Positions 1 to 10,737 of a stretch of 64,000 nt of DNA are shown here, one piece after another. The DNA comes from Schmidtea polychroa (taxonomy: Eukaryota): assembly GCA_044892525.1 (NCBI GenBank), contig CM097885.1, positions 246,698,001-246,762,000 of the forward strand, given 5' to 3'. Each line of letters starts with the position of its first letter. The first letter of the stretch is position 1. Below the pieces are notes generated by a model. The model did not search any database. It was not told the origin of the DNA and saw only the letters and a program-made list of their open reading frames with translations. The translations under genes were made by a program, and so were the position numbers.

Positions 1-551
1 ATTAGGCATCGTTCTAAAAATATTAGACATCGTTGGGTGAGTCATTGGGTGAGTCATTCTCTTTGTTAATAATAATGATGATGATACCTTATATGGCTCA
101 TTCGAAAGGTCTTGCACTGAGCTTTAAGATGAGGTATCGTCCAATAAATTCGGATAATGGGAACATTAATTTTTGGGATGAAAAAAAGTAGGTCACCGCT
201 GGACCAATTAATAATATTTTGAATAATAATAATAATTTAACGTTGAAAAGATGGTGGTCATCAATTGTTAATAACATTAAAACTATTAAAGATATATAAG
301 ATACCTATAGCTCATTCGAAAGGTCTTGGACTGAGCTTTAAGATGGGGTATCGTCCAATAAAATCTGTTGGCGGGAACATTAATTTTTGGGATGAAAAAA
401 AGTAGGTCACCGCTGGACCAATTAATTTAAAAAAATTACGTAATAGTTCTAAAATTATTAGGCATCGTTCTAAAAAAAAAAAAAAAAAATTTTCAGACCG
501 GGGGGGGGGGGAGGGGGTATATGTGGCCTGGCGGTGACCAATCCTACTACT
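1..551. mobile_element. Probable right terminus (TIR) of a second, related Polinton-like element; the rest would lie upstream of the window
   Basis: The reverse complement of 517-551 reads AGTAGTAGGATTGGTCACCGCCAGGCCACATATA, closely resembling the terminus of the 6993-23230 element (AGTAGTAAGATGTGTCACCTCCAGGACA...CATATA). It ends in CTACTACT at 551 and has internal sub-repeats. Confidence 0.5.
83..426 (+). repeat. Two diverged direct repeats of ~125 bp (83-212 and 300-426)
   Basis: Both copies read gatacct...tcattcgaaaggtcttg.actgagctttaagat...gggaacattaatttttgggatgaaaaaaagtaggtcaccgctggaccaattaat. Confidence 0.85.
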
Positions 552-774
552 TATTACATTTTTTTTAAATACTCGTACATGTATTAAGAAGTACACACAA
601 GGATATTAAAGTACAATCACAATTATTTATTGCATTTTCATTAAACATATATATTAAGTACAATCTCAATGAAATTAAATACAATACAATTACAATAACA
701 AATTATTAGTCGGGAATTTGTATTTACAATACGATTATTAAAGGTATAGAATATAATAGGTTTATGTCCGAGAG

Positions 775-841
775 GTTGGGCCCCTTGTGGATCTGGGCCC
801 AGGGCTATAGCCCTATTAGCCCATATGTAGATCTGTCCCTG
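775..841 (-). mobile_element. Fragment of a hAT-type MITE end; a related fragment lies near 24342-24410
   Basis: The minus strand begins CAGGGACAGATCTACATATGGGCTAATAGGGCTATAGCCCTGGGCCC, similar to tacataagggactaatatggcttaagctttgggcccc near 24350. No partner TIR or TSD was found. Confidence 0.3.
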
Positions 842-985
842 GTATTAGAACAATATTTTATCCGTCTTTGTTTTTGAAAATTTAGAACCCTTCTCTCCAT
901 TTTTTGTTTCAGAAGCTTAATTTTTCTTCTTTAAGTAGAAGTTAAACTTGATGAATATTTTTATATTTTTTTAATTTCAATTTCA

Positions 986-1026
<41 letters not shown>
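986..1026. repeat. (GAT)n microsatellite
   Basis: About 13 perfect GAT units. Confidence 0.95.
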
Positions 1027-3987
1027 GTTTTCAAAAATTAACTGACATTTTTTTATTCTGCCAGATCTTTTATCAAACTTAAAATATAGAATAATTTGAC
1101 TTACTTGTCTCTAATGTGAAATATCCGGTGAGGTCAGGTGAATACTTTAAATGGTGTATTTGATCCAAATTACTTCAATTAACTTTTGTCTAGTTTTCAT
1201 TAAGATTTGTGATCTGTTGTCGTTATGTTAGATTACAAAAGCTTTTCGGTGAACTAATTCTGTACGTTTTTCTTTAATTTGTACATCGAAAGCCTCGACT
1301 CCAACGTCCAATTCCTCGGCCCGTTTCTGACATTTAATTGCAACTTAGGAATTGCTCCAATGGTTTTCTATGTTTAAATTTGCTTTGTTTATGTAAATTT
1401 GTTAATGAAAATTATCATTCATGCCCTTATAATTATAATAAAATTTATATGGCATTGTTAAAAACAATTCAGAAAAATATAACAACTTTATAGTCAGATT
1501 CTAAAAGTTACAAAATCAAATACTAAGTATGCCTTTCTTTTTTTGCATTTTATCGTTTTGTCATTTTATTGCATAGAATATTCAACGGGCCACAGCCTGA
1601 TAAACCGAGTGGACTAGCAAGAATTTACCTCCAATCATTTCTCGAACAATCTTTATATTCTTCATTAATTATCTCGCTTCGTTTAGTAGAGAATTTTGCA
1701 TAGGAAATCGAGAACGTAAGGAAATAATGAACTTTCAAATCCCCACAGTATTCAACATATAATATCATAAAATGCTAGCTAGCTTTAAAAGAAAAGAAAT
1801 AATTTTCTTGCATGATTTTTGTTTAAATTAGTAAGAGAATATTATATTTTAGAAAAAAATTTCAATGTTTAAATTTTGTTTCTCTAAAAAATGTTTACAA
1901 TTTATTTCTGTAAAAACTGTCGATGGATCGATATATATAATTTTAATGGACTTTATTGAACTGGATCTGATTTTAAAATTTGAATTCTTTACTTTTAGTC
2001 TACTTTCTCTTAATTATAAATTTAAAAAAATTAGTCTTATTAAAACAAAATAAAATATAACGTATGGTCGTTTCTATTAACCCCCACCATATTACTAACG
2101 TAATAGTATTATTGCTACTATTATTACTATTATTATTACTATTATTATTACCTTATTATTTTTATTATCATACAAATCTTAGAAAATTAATAAAATGATA
2201 AAAGCAAAACACAGAAAAATTTATTTGACAAAATAAAATTCATAAATATTAATTTATATACTAATTTTTCTTCATCAAATTGTTGAGGATACCTTAATTA
2301 TAAAATTAAATAATTATTATCAGGGGAAATGTATGAAATAAATTGTATGTTGTCCCAGAATTTCGAGAATCACAAGTAAGAGAAGAAATTCAAAAATGAA
2401 AGGGTAAAAATCAATAAAATTAAACAATGAATAATGAAAAGGTCGTTCTTAAAATAACTAGGTATGGGAATCCTTTATCTTGATAGCGTGTTCGAAATAA
2501 CAAATGGATCACCGGATAAGTTGGAAGATAGCATCTCTCAGAGATAATAGAAACACTGGGGATGATTTAAGGGAATTTGATGAAAAAAGAAATTTTTTTA
2601 ATTATTTTTAAGTGCCATTATATTACAGATTATAAAAGTGAACACACAACATGAATTTCAATGTAAAACTAGGAAAGCAAATAGATTGATTCTACCGATT
2701 GTCGAAACCAGAAACAATAGTTAAACGGGTGTGAATTCCAAATTGTATTGCAGACGTGTATTCTTGATGAACGTTACTATTGTAATATCGATTCATTTCT
2801 TATCATTGTAAATTGGTAATCAATTGTGCTGATTAATATAAGTTTATATTGGCTGCAATTCGTTATTACAACTAAGATAAGCTTTGTAGCCAGATCAATA
2901 ACTGTTAATATCACATTTTCACTGTCAGCAGAATGTAAATTTCCAAAATATTAACACGGACAAATTTTCTTTAAAGGCTCCATGTGCTTCGAATTTTCAT
3001 GTTTAGTGTCGTAGAGAGTTATTTTCCATATTAGATCATTAATAAAATAATATTTATTTTTAACAAATCAACATCATATTTAAACAAAGTTTTAAATATG
3101 TAATTATTATAAATATTGATTTATTATTTATAATGATTTAATTAGTTTGACTACATTGACCTCCAACTGGATCATGGAGTGATATGTAATTATCTAAAAT
3201 ATGTGCGGCTTTGAAATTATCTACCGATAAGGGAATGTGTCTTGAAGAGAATTGGATCTCGAAAACTTTGAGGTCTGAACTTCGACTGATTATTCGGAAA
3301 AGTCATCACGGTTGTTCTTATCTCTACCTTTAGCCTTACATGGTTACATGTCTTCAAATCTTCTAGGAAGAATGTTTTCCAATTTTGCTTGATTGATCTT
3401 TAAATTATAGCATCTCCTGGAGGTCTTCCAAAACTCCTTAAATATGGATAAGATGAGTTGCTTTAACTGTAGCTTACTAAGTTACTAAGCTACTTTTGGC
3501 ATCAGAGGTAGGTTGTCTATCTGTATATTTACAGCAAATATTGCACGTTGTTGTATCCTTGTTTTCCCTTTTAAATACTTCCAAAATGTCGAACTAAACC
3601 AAATGTCAAAATTCACAATTATTAATACGTTAAGTGAGAAAATAATGTTGTGAATACACAAACCAGGTTTTTGTTTTATTCTCGAAATTCTCGAGAATCG
3701 AGAAAAAAATATTGGTCGAGAATTCTGAATAAATCTAGAAAAATAAATCTCTAATTATGAAGTCACTGAAATTCATTGAATTTGAATCGTTCTGGCAATA
3801 TTATTTAGGGGCCAGTGTACATATCAACTAAGATTCCATCATCATCGTTAGTGATTTTAAATGAATGAATTGGCTTTATGGTTATGGAGAACGATAGTTG
3901 TCTTTGTTGTTGAATTATTTCACTTCTTGAAATCAATGGAGTCTGTATTCTTGAAACGTTACTGATATTTGAGGTTAAGGAGGTACT

Positions 3988-4377
3988 TATTCTAGGCAGA
4001 GGATATTTTCCGACTTTCGTTACTGAGTTAAGGAGTCTGTAATCACCGTATGATGTATTGATCCATCCTTCTTTTTAACTACTAATAATGGTGAAGCCCA
4101 ATCACTTTTTCTAGTATAATGTCATTGTTGATGAAGGTGATGAACTCAATTTGAACAGCTTCAAGTATACTTCCGCCAAGTCATCTTAACGTCTGAGTAA
4201 CCGATGGCCAGTTGTTTCGATTGTCATCACATGTTTAAAACTAACTGAATTGAATTTTTCATTGATAGTTGTGATTACTTTATTTTCAATGAAATTTTTT
4301 GCATTTTTGCCGTCCACTAGAAATTTATAATGTAGTCTGCTCTTAGAATCGGATGAGTAACATCTGCTAATTTCCAT
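3988..4377 (-). pseudogene. Ty3/gypsy reverse-transcriptase remnant
   Basis: The minus strand gives WASPLLVVKKKDGSI and, after a frameshift, GDYRLLNSVTKVGKYPLPRI. Both are characteristic gypsy RT motifs; stops and frameshifts are present. Confidence 0.7.
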
Positions 4378-4580
4378 CTGAAATATTATTTTTGGCCTTT
4401 AATTTTAAAATGCAAAATTTTTAAGCCATACATTTTGATGCTACAGTTGTTAGACGCCACGAGTTTGATTGGATAATTTTTGGAATCGGGTGTAAATAAA
4501 TTGGTTGAAATGACGCTGACATGTCTGTCCAACAGCCGGTTTTTACTATGGTTGTGGTAAAAACTATAAATGCCGTTATT

Positions 4581-4771
4581 GCTTCCTTAAAAATTTCTCA
4601 TATTCTTGCAAAGATGAAAACCCTTCATAGGATAGTAACTTATTATAAGAAGCATTTGTGACTTATTTGAGGATTTTTAAAAAACGTAAGATGATGTCAG
4701 CAATTCAAGACTTACAATTGTCAGATAGCACTGTCACACGAAAAATGTATGCAATTTCAAATGGCATGAGG
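4581..4771 (+). pseudogene. hAT (Buster/SPIN-like) transposase remnant
   Basis: ASLKISHILAKMK and MMSAIQDLQLSDSTVTRK resemble the ISxxIAKxKKPF and LQLSxxTVTRR motifs of this group; the frame is broken. Confidence 0.5.
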
Positions 4772-6992
4772 TACCAGCAATGGTTGTGATAAAATAATAA
4801 TAAATGGATTGTGAGAAAGTTTGAAGAATCACGGTTTTAAATTTTAAAATTTTAAAATGTTATTTAAATTTAAATCAGGGTTTGTTTGCATAAATTTTTT
4901 GAATGATTTAAAATTTTTAATTTATTGTTAATTTTAATATTTTATTTTTAATTTGAAAATTTAAGCACAGCATAGATATTATAGTGTCAGAAAATTATTT
5001 TGGATTTTTCTATTTGCCATTTCTAAATGAATGAAGAAATTGAATGCAATTCTACAGCAACTAAATGAAAATTCCTCCAGTTGAATCGAATTTAATGAAG
5101 TAAGTTTCTGATGCAGGCGTATCAGTGCATGTAGAAGTTTCAATCATCCCTTGTCGCTTTCGTTCCAGCAATGTTATTCTCTTCTTTATCTATTTTAATT
5201 CAAAATCAAAAATATTTATATTTAAACCATTTTTTAAGTAAATTTCCATTTCAAATATAAAATTTCCACAAGTCGTTATGCGTTGAAAAATAGCGTTTTC
5301 AATAACTTGCGTTGGGTACCTGTTTGACACTTGGAAAATATATCATTTTGGTTTAAAATTTATTTATTTATTAAAATATTATTTTTCTTTTTGATTAATC
5401 AAACGAATTTCAATTAAAAATTTATATTTTCAAATAGAAAAAAAATGTTATTTAAAAAAAGAAATTATAAATATTTTCATTTTTTAATACAGAAAATTTT
5501 ATGAAATATTTTGACGCCATAGATTAAATACAATTTTGATAAATTATTTAATATTCCAGTGGAAAATAAAAACCCAAGAATTAACAAATGAATAAATTCG
5601 TCATTGGAATTTTTCTATTCATTAAAAATTTATTAAATAGAACATGAATTAATGGCGCAAAATTTCCTTTGAAATTATAATTTTCCATACAATGTCATTA
5701 AATATCATCATAAATATAAAATAAATATATGAAATTTAAATATTAATTTGGATGACCCCAACATTATAAGTAAGGAATTTTACAACGCAAAAGAATGAGA
5801 AGTTCATTTCACTAAACTTTTAATTTTGATCACAGCCCTGTTAGATGATATTGATATTATTGTCTCTTGCATTTGCTAGATACTGAAAATTGATTTTCTG
5901 CATTTCTGCATTTGAATAAATTTTACTATTTTTAGTATGAATTCTAAATAATGAATTAGTAAATTTGTGAATTAAGAATGATAATTGGTCGTATTTACAT
6001 ATAAAGTACTCTAATCAAGTTATGTAGGATATTTATGGATCATATACATACAAAGGATCTTTGACAAAAAATCAAAGACAAAACGCTACCCAAATTTTCG
6101 AAATATATCGAAGACTTAGTCAAAAGATTTTTAAAGTTGAGTACATCAATTGACATCTAGTGATTAAAAAATAACCAAACGAACAAGAAAATAAATAAGA
6201 ATAAAGCGACTTAAGACCTTCTATCGGTAGTCATGAACCCAAAAATCAAAATCAATGGGGGAGCAGTTCTAATAATGGACAAAACCTGCTCGTTGATTTT
6301 CAGCCACTGTGTAGATTACCATAATGTGTATATTGATGATAGAAAGCTAATAGTCATGAAGACATTTAGGGAATGGTTGATTACAAATCTATCAGTGACC
6401 TTAGAATATTTAAACAACACACCCTTTAAAGAGCCAAGAATATCTTATAAGCATTCACCTCAACCACCAGTATTATACCAGTATTATACCTTATACAAAA
6501 AGAATGATAGTTTCCCCCTAGAAGAACAAGTCCGTTATTAACAGATTATAAGAAAGCAAAAAACTGAAATGGTGTTGGAATCATCGTTAGAATTAATATA
6601 TTTAGTCATGCATGATAGTTCAAAATAAAAACAATCATTAATCAAAAAGATAATTATAGCAATTGCTAAACCTGAGAGTATTAACACTAAATTTACTGGT
6701 AAAAATAGCCGTAAAAATAGGTATACCTAATTCGACATGCGAAATGAGGGAGTTGGTAGAGGAGAGTAATGACGTATCTAAAAACCAACATATGTATTCA
6801 AAAAATAATAAATCAGTATTATATGGAATAGAATTATGTAGCAATAGAATTTTAAATGAGTCAAATTGGCTCAGTCGGTAAATCTAGTGTTAATAGATTT
6901 ATTTATTTCCTTTGATAGATTAATAGACATTCCGAGGATTCAGAAAGCTGTTGAAGTTCAGTGTTCTTTGAAAAATCATAATAAATGTGATA

Positions 6993-8164
6993 AGTAGTAA
7001 GATGTGTCACCTCCAGGACATGTCACCTCCAGGACACATATATATAAGTAGGTCAAGTTAAAATTAAGTAGATCAAGTTAAAATTATGTAGGTCACGACT
7101 ATATAGGTATTAAAATATGTAGGTCAAGTTACTTTAAATATATGTTACCTCCAGGACACTATATAAATAAATAAGTCAAATTAAGTAGGTCACGACTATA
7201 TAGTTTATAAAAAATATGTAGATCAAGTTATTTTTAACATGTATCCCTATAATATATACATCATTCAAAAGATATTTGAGAGTAGAGTACAATGATCATA
7301 CCTTCAAAGGTGTATGGTGAATCCCTAACCTTCAAAAGGTGCAAAACCCTCGAATTTTTTCAAACTCTATAATACATGTCATTCAAAAGGTAATTGAGAT
7401 GTGAGTATGATGGTCATACAATCAAAGGTGTATGGTGAGTCCTTCACCTTCAAAGGGTCAAAAAATTTCGAATTTTTTCAAACTTTATAATATATATACA
7501 TCATTCAAAAGGTATTTGAGAGTAGAGTGTGATGGTCAAACCTTCAAAGATGTATGGTGAGTCCTTACCCTCAAGTGTCAAAAACTTTGATTTTTATTCA
7601 AACTGTAAATTGATCATTTCAACAAATCTTTCAATCCCCAAAATAAATTTCCCAACTCAAAAATTTCCCAAATTTTAAAAATTCCCAAAAACAATTTTCC
7701 CAACTCAAATTTTTTCAAAAATTAAAAAGTCCCAAAAATGAAATTCCCCAAATTTCCCAACTCAAAATTTTTCAAATTTTAAAAAGTTTTCAAAACTATT
7801 TTCCCAAATTTTCCAACTAAATAGTAAAAGAATATTTTACAATTTTTTTTTTTCCTCGAATACATCAAACCAAAAATTTAACAAGGTTCGTCACACAAAT
7901 CTAATTTTGAAATCAAACAAATGCATTTAATAAAAATTAAAATCATCGACATACACAACCGCCGCCCGCCCGCCCGCCCGCCGCCCGCCCCGAAGGGGCT
8001 GGCGCGGTAGTTTGTAAATTTGGTTTAGTTTGAATATTATTATTTGATACATAGTTTTATTATTTACAATATTCAAAGTATTAATAACAAAGGTAAAGAA
8101 ATAAATGTTTATAGTATGATACTCATTAATATACATTGAACATGCTTTACATTTGCGAACATTT
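6993..8164 (+). repeat. Left terminal inverted repeat of the Polinton
   Basis: Reverse complement of 22108-23230 with only a few substitutions (e.g. gatca/ggtca near 7222), extra CCGC units and a ~45-bp insertion near 8035-8078. It contains tgtcacctccaggaca repeats, three ~120-bp sub-repeats (~7257-7600) and tttcccaactcaaa repeats. Confidence 0.95.
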
Positions 8165-8514
8165 TAAATTTGAATTTTAAGGATTACTTTCGATAGATTA
8201 TATTGAATAATGGTTCATTAAAAAGGTCTCATTTTTTTTTTTTTTTTTTTGGATTTTTGTGAAAAGTTGTAGGTTAGGCTGAAAATTAATTAGTAAAAAA
8301 ATTGACACTTTTTGTGTTGTTGAAATAATTGAAATAAATATTTTAAAAAATGTAAAAACTGAAACGTTAAATATCATTGCAAGTTTGCTTGTCTTTTTAT
8401 TATATGTATCGTGTTGAAATATCTAATTTTCTTATAATCTATCTATCGATCATCTTGTTGCTTTTGAATAATAGTATAAACATAATTATTTTTTCATTTT
8501 AATTATTTTCAACC

Positions 8515-8908
8515 ATGTCGGAAAAAGGTAAAATATGAATTTTATGTTTATTAATTCTTTTTTTTTTTTTTTTATTTAGCATATATAATCAATTTTTTGA
8601 TTGAAAAATTAGAGGAAATATCTAATGTAAAAATTAGAGAATTTATGAATGTTCCAGAGAAATTAAAATGGCCGTATTCAGACGATGAAATTAATGAAGA
8701 TGATATGTCATATGAATCTGAAAATATTTCCCAGCAAGAAGATGAATATACTGATTTGCCTAGTGAAGAACTTAAGTCATGTATTGAGAATTCTACAACA
8801 GATAAATTACCAAATGAATCTAAACAAGAAGATGAATCTATTGTTTTTACTAATTGTATTGATCATATTGTTGAAAATATAATGAAAAGAGATTGTATTG
8901 AAGATTAA
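8515..8908 (+). CDS. Polinton accessory acidic protein, 113 aa, spliced (exons 8515-8527 and 8580-8908)
   Basis: ATG TCG GAA AAA G|gtaaaa...tttatttag|CA TAT ATA ATC joins in frame to the 103-aa ORF (MSEKAYIINFLIEKLEE...). The intron is 52 nt with a poly-T tract. The protein is D/E-rich. Confidence 0.7.
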
Positions 8909-8980
8909 TAAATTTAAAACTTTAGTTATTTTCAATGATTTAAAAACACCAAAACACTAATAAAGATGTATTAAATAAAT

Positions 8981-9575
8981 TTAACATGAACAATGTTCCT
9001 CTTCAAACTTATCTTCGGCTTTTATAATTTTCCAAATTGGTTTGATTCGGTCTCTGCTTACATTATACCCTTGAATTAATATGGTAACCATGCAGGTTAT
9101 TTTGCTCATCTTACCACCATTGGGAATCATATCCAAATCGTTTCTAATGAACATATCTTCATCATCAAATTCAATATTTTCATTGATCCTCTGAAATAAT
9201 TGTCCCAATAGCATCTTGTCGTGAAACTTGATTTTGGAAAGTCTCACATTGTAGAAACATTTTTCCAGAGTTACTGGTTCCTAACAATAAATAATAATAA
9301 TAATAAAATCCAAAATAATTTATAGAAACTTACCTTAAATGTATAGGAAATTGGACAATACAAATAATTTAGTTTGTATTGCATGAATTCGACTGGCTTT
9401 TTTGTATCCACTCGAACATTGACCAAGGTTTCCGTGGATAATGTCGCTTCTTTAAATTTCCTTTTTCCGAATTCCTGAGCGGCATCTGCATTTTTTCTCT
9501 TCAAAACTCCTAGATTAAAAAACTACTAAATGGAATATGTGTAAACGACAACAAACCTGTAATTTGATTATCCAT
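8981..9575 (-). CDS. Polinton accessory protein, 164 aa, three exons (9575-9557, 9509-9334, 9280-8981); function unknown, possibly OB-fold ssDNA-binding
   Basis: Two GT-AG introns (47 and 53 nt; the second starts GTAAGT) fuse ORFs 9271..9504 and 8981..9247 into MDNQITG|VLKRK...YCPISYTFK|EPVTLEKCFYNVRLSK... with no stop. Confidence 0.75.
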
Positions 9576-9777
9576 TTGTAGTTATAATATTTAATAATTT
9601 GAACCAGATATTTTATACTAATTTCATTGTAAACAAGTTTCAAGTGACAGGCATGATCAAAACGTGATCAACTAGTTCATTTTATGCTAAATAACAAAGT
9701 CTGAAATGATTTATTGTACACAAAGAAATATTATAGGTTAATTAAGGTTATCACAAAACAAATATAATTATATTTTA

Positions 9778-10146
9778 TTACAACAATACATTTTTTCGCA
9801 ATTCCACAAGTAATGCATGAATTATTTCTCGTTTCTGTAGATTTACAAAACATGTACAACTATCATCCCCACAAGTATTCTGCATATTATTTTTACAAAA
9901 ATCACAATTTTCAACATCATCGGTATAACATGTAATCGTAGCATGATCCATATGAATTAAATCTATTACATTTATTCCAGTTATTTCATAAATTTTGTAA
10001 AACACAACTTCTGGAGCACAATACATTAAGGAATTGTTCAAATTCGGATAAAAATCTTCAATTTTATCAATCAAAATTTTTAGTATAGTTTCTAAACAAA
10101 AATCAGTAAATTTAAAATAAAAACAGTTACCTTCATGTTCAATCAT
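9778..10146 (-). CDS. Polinton accessory Cys-rich protein, ~122 aa, possibly Zn-binding
   Basis: Open frame whose ATG (10146) overlaps the last codons of the TBP-like gene. It has a C-terminal CDFC...CGDDSCTC cluster. No family recognised. Confidence 0.65.
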   Translation of the reverse strand: MIEHEGNCFYFKFTDFCLETILKILIDKIEDFYPNLNNSLMYCAPEVVFYKIYEITGINVIDLIHMDHATITCYTDDVENCDFCKNNMQNTCGDDSCTCFVNLQKREIIHALLVELRKNVLL

Positions 10147-10651
10147 TGTTGAATAAATATTCAAGCAAATCCTCGTTACTTATATTTGAAGAAATTGTTA
10201 AAGATCCAATCAAATCCTTTACATCGTTTATAATTCCTTCAACAATAGTATGAAAATCTAAATTTTTAATACCTAGTACAACTATTTTACCACTCGAAAA
10301 TATATTAACACATAGTGGATTATATTTTGTATAACGCAGAGCGGGAAATAATTCAGGCTCATATATACAATCTCCATCTAATAACTTTGCTAAATTATTC
10401 AAATTAATAGATTGTTCAACCTTGGTAGCTATAGTAAGACTTTGAACTTGAATATCTTTGATATTATATTGCAAATTCTTGAATTCGATAGGCTTCTTAC
10501 AACCCATTATACGACATTTACCATTTTTGAAAAATATAATAGTATATTTTCCAGTTTTGTCAACATATTGTTGTGGTTTACACTTGGGGAAATTCATCAT
10601 ACCAACAGTTTCCAAAGACACACGACCTCTATAATTAATATTTGTCAACAT
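10139..10651 (-). CDS. TATA-box-binding protein (TBP) homologue, 170 aa, encoded inside the Polinton
   Basis: It has the two-repeat TBP architecture. Repeat 1 is TNINY...TIIFFKNGKCRIMGCK (cf. TALIFSSGKMVCTGAK). Repeat 2 is IQVQSL...INLNNL...IYEPELFPALRY...VNIFSSGKIVVLGIK (cf. YEPELFPGLIY...LLIFVSGKVVLTGAK). Confidence 0.9.
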   Translation of the reverse strand: MLTNINYRGRVSLETVGMMNFPKCKPQQYVDKTGKYTIIFFKNGKCRIMGCKKPIEFKNLQYNIKDIQVQSLTIATKVEQSINLNNLAKLLDGDCIYEPELFPALRYTKYNPLCVNIFSSGKIVVLGIKNLDFHTIVEGIINDVKDLIGSLTISSNISNEDLLEYLFNND

Positions 10652-10676
10652 TTCTACTGAATATTTAAAAAATCAA

Positions 10677-10677
<1 letters not shown>

Positions 10678-10734
<57 letters not shown>
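10678..10734. repeat. (TA)~28 microsatellite in the divergent intergenic region between the TBP-like and ATPase genes
   Basis: Read directly from the sequence. Confidence 0.95.

Positions 10735-10737
<3 letters not shown>

Noticed and set aside
1600-3720. Possible decayed hAT (BED-like WKYL...C segment on the minus strand near 3490-3590; ttctcgaga subterminal-like motifs)
   Set aside because: Too degenerate; no TIR pair, TSD or catalytic motif could be fixed.
6233-6881. ORFs 6233..6541 and 6663..6881 next to the Polinton
   Set aside because: They lie outside the TSD, have no recognisable motif, and no convincing splice model was found.
7927-8136. 69-aa minus-strand ORF in the left TIR
   Set aside because: It is the inverted remnant of the RING gene's last codons running into TIR sequence, not a gene.
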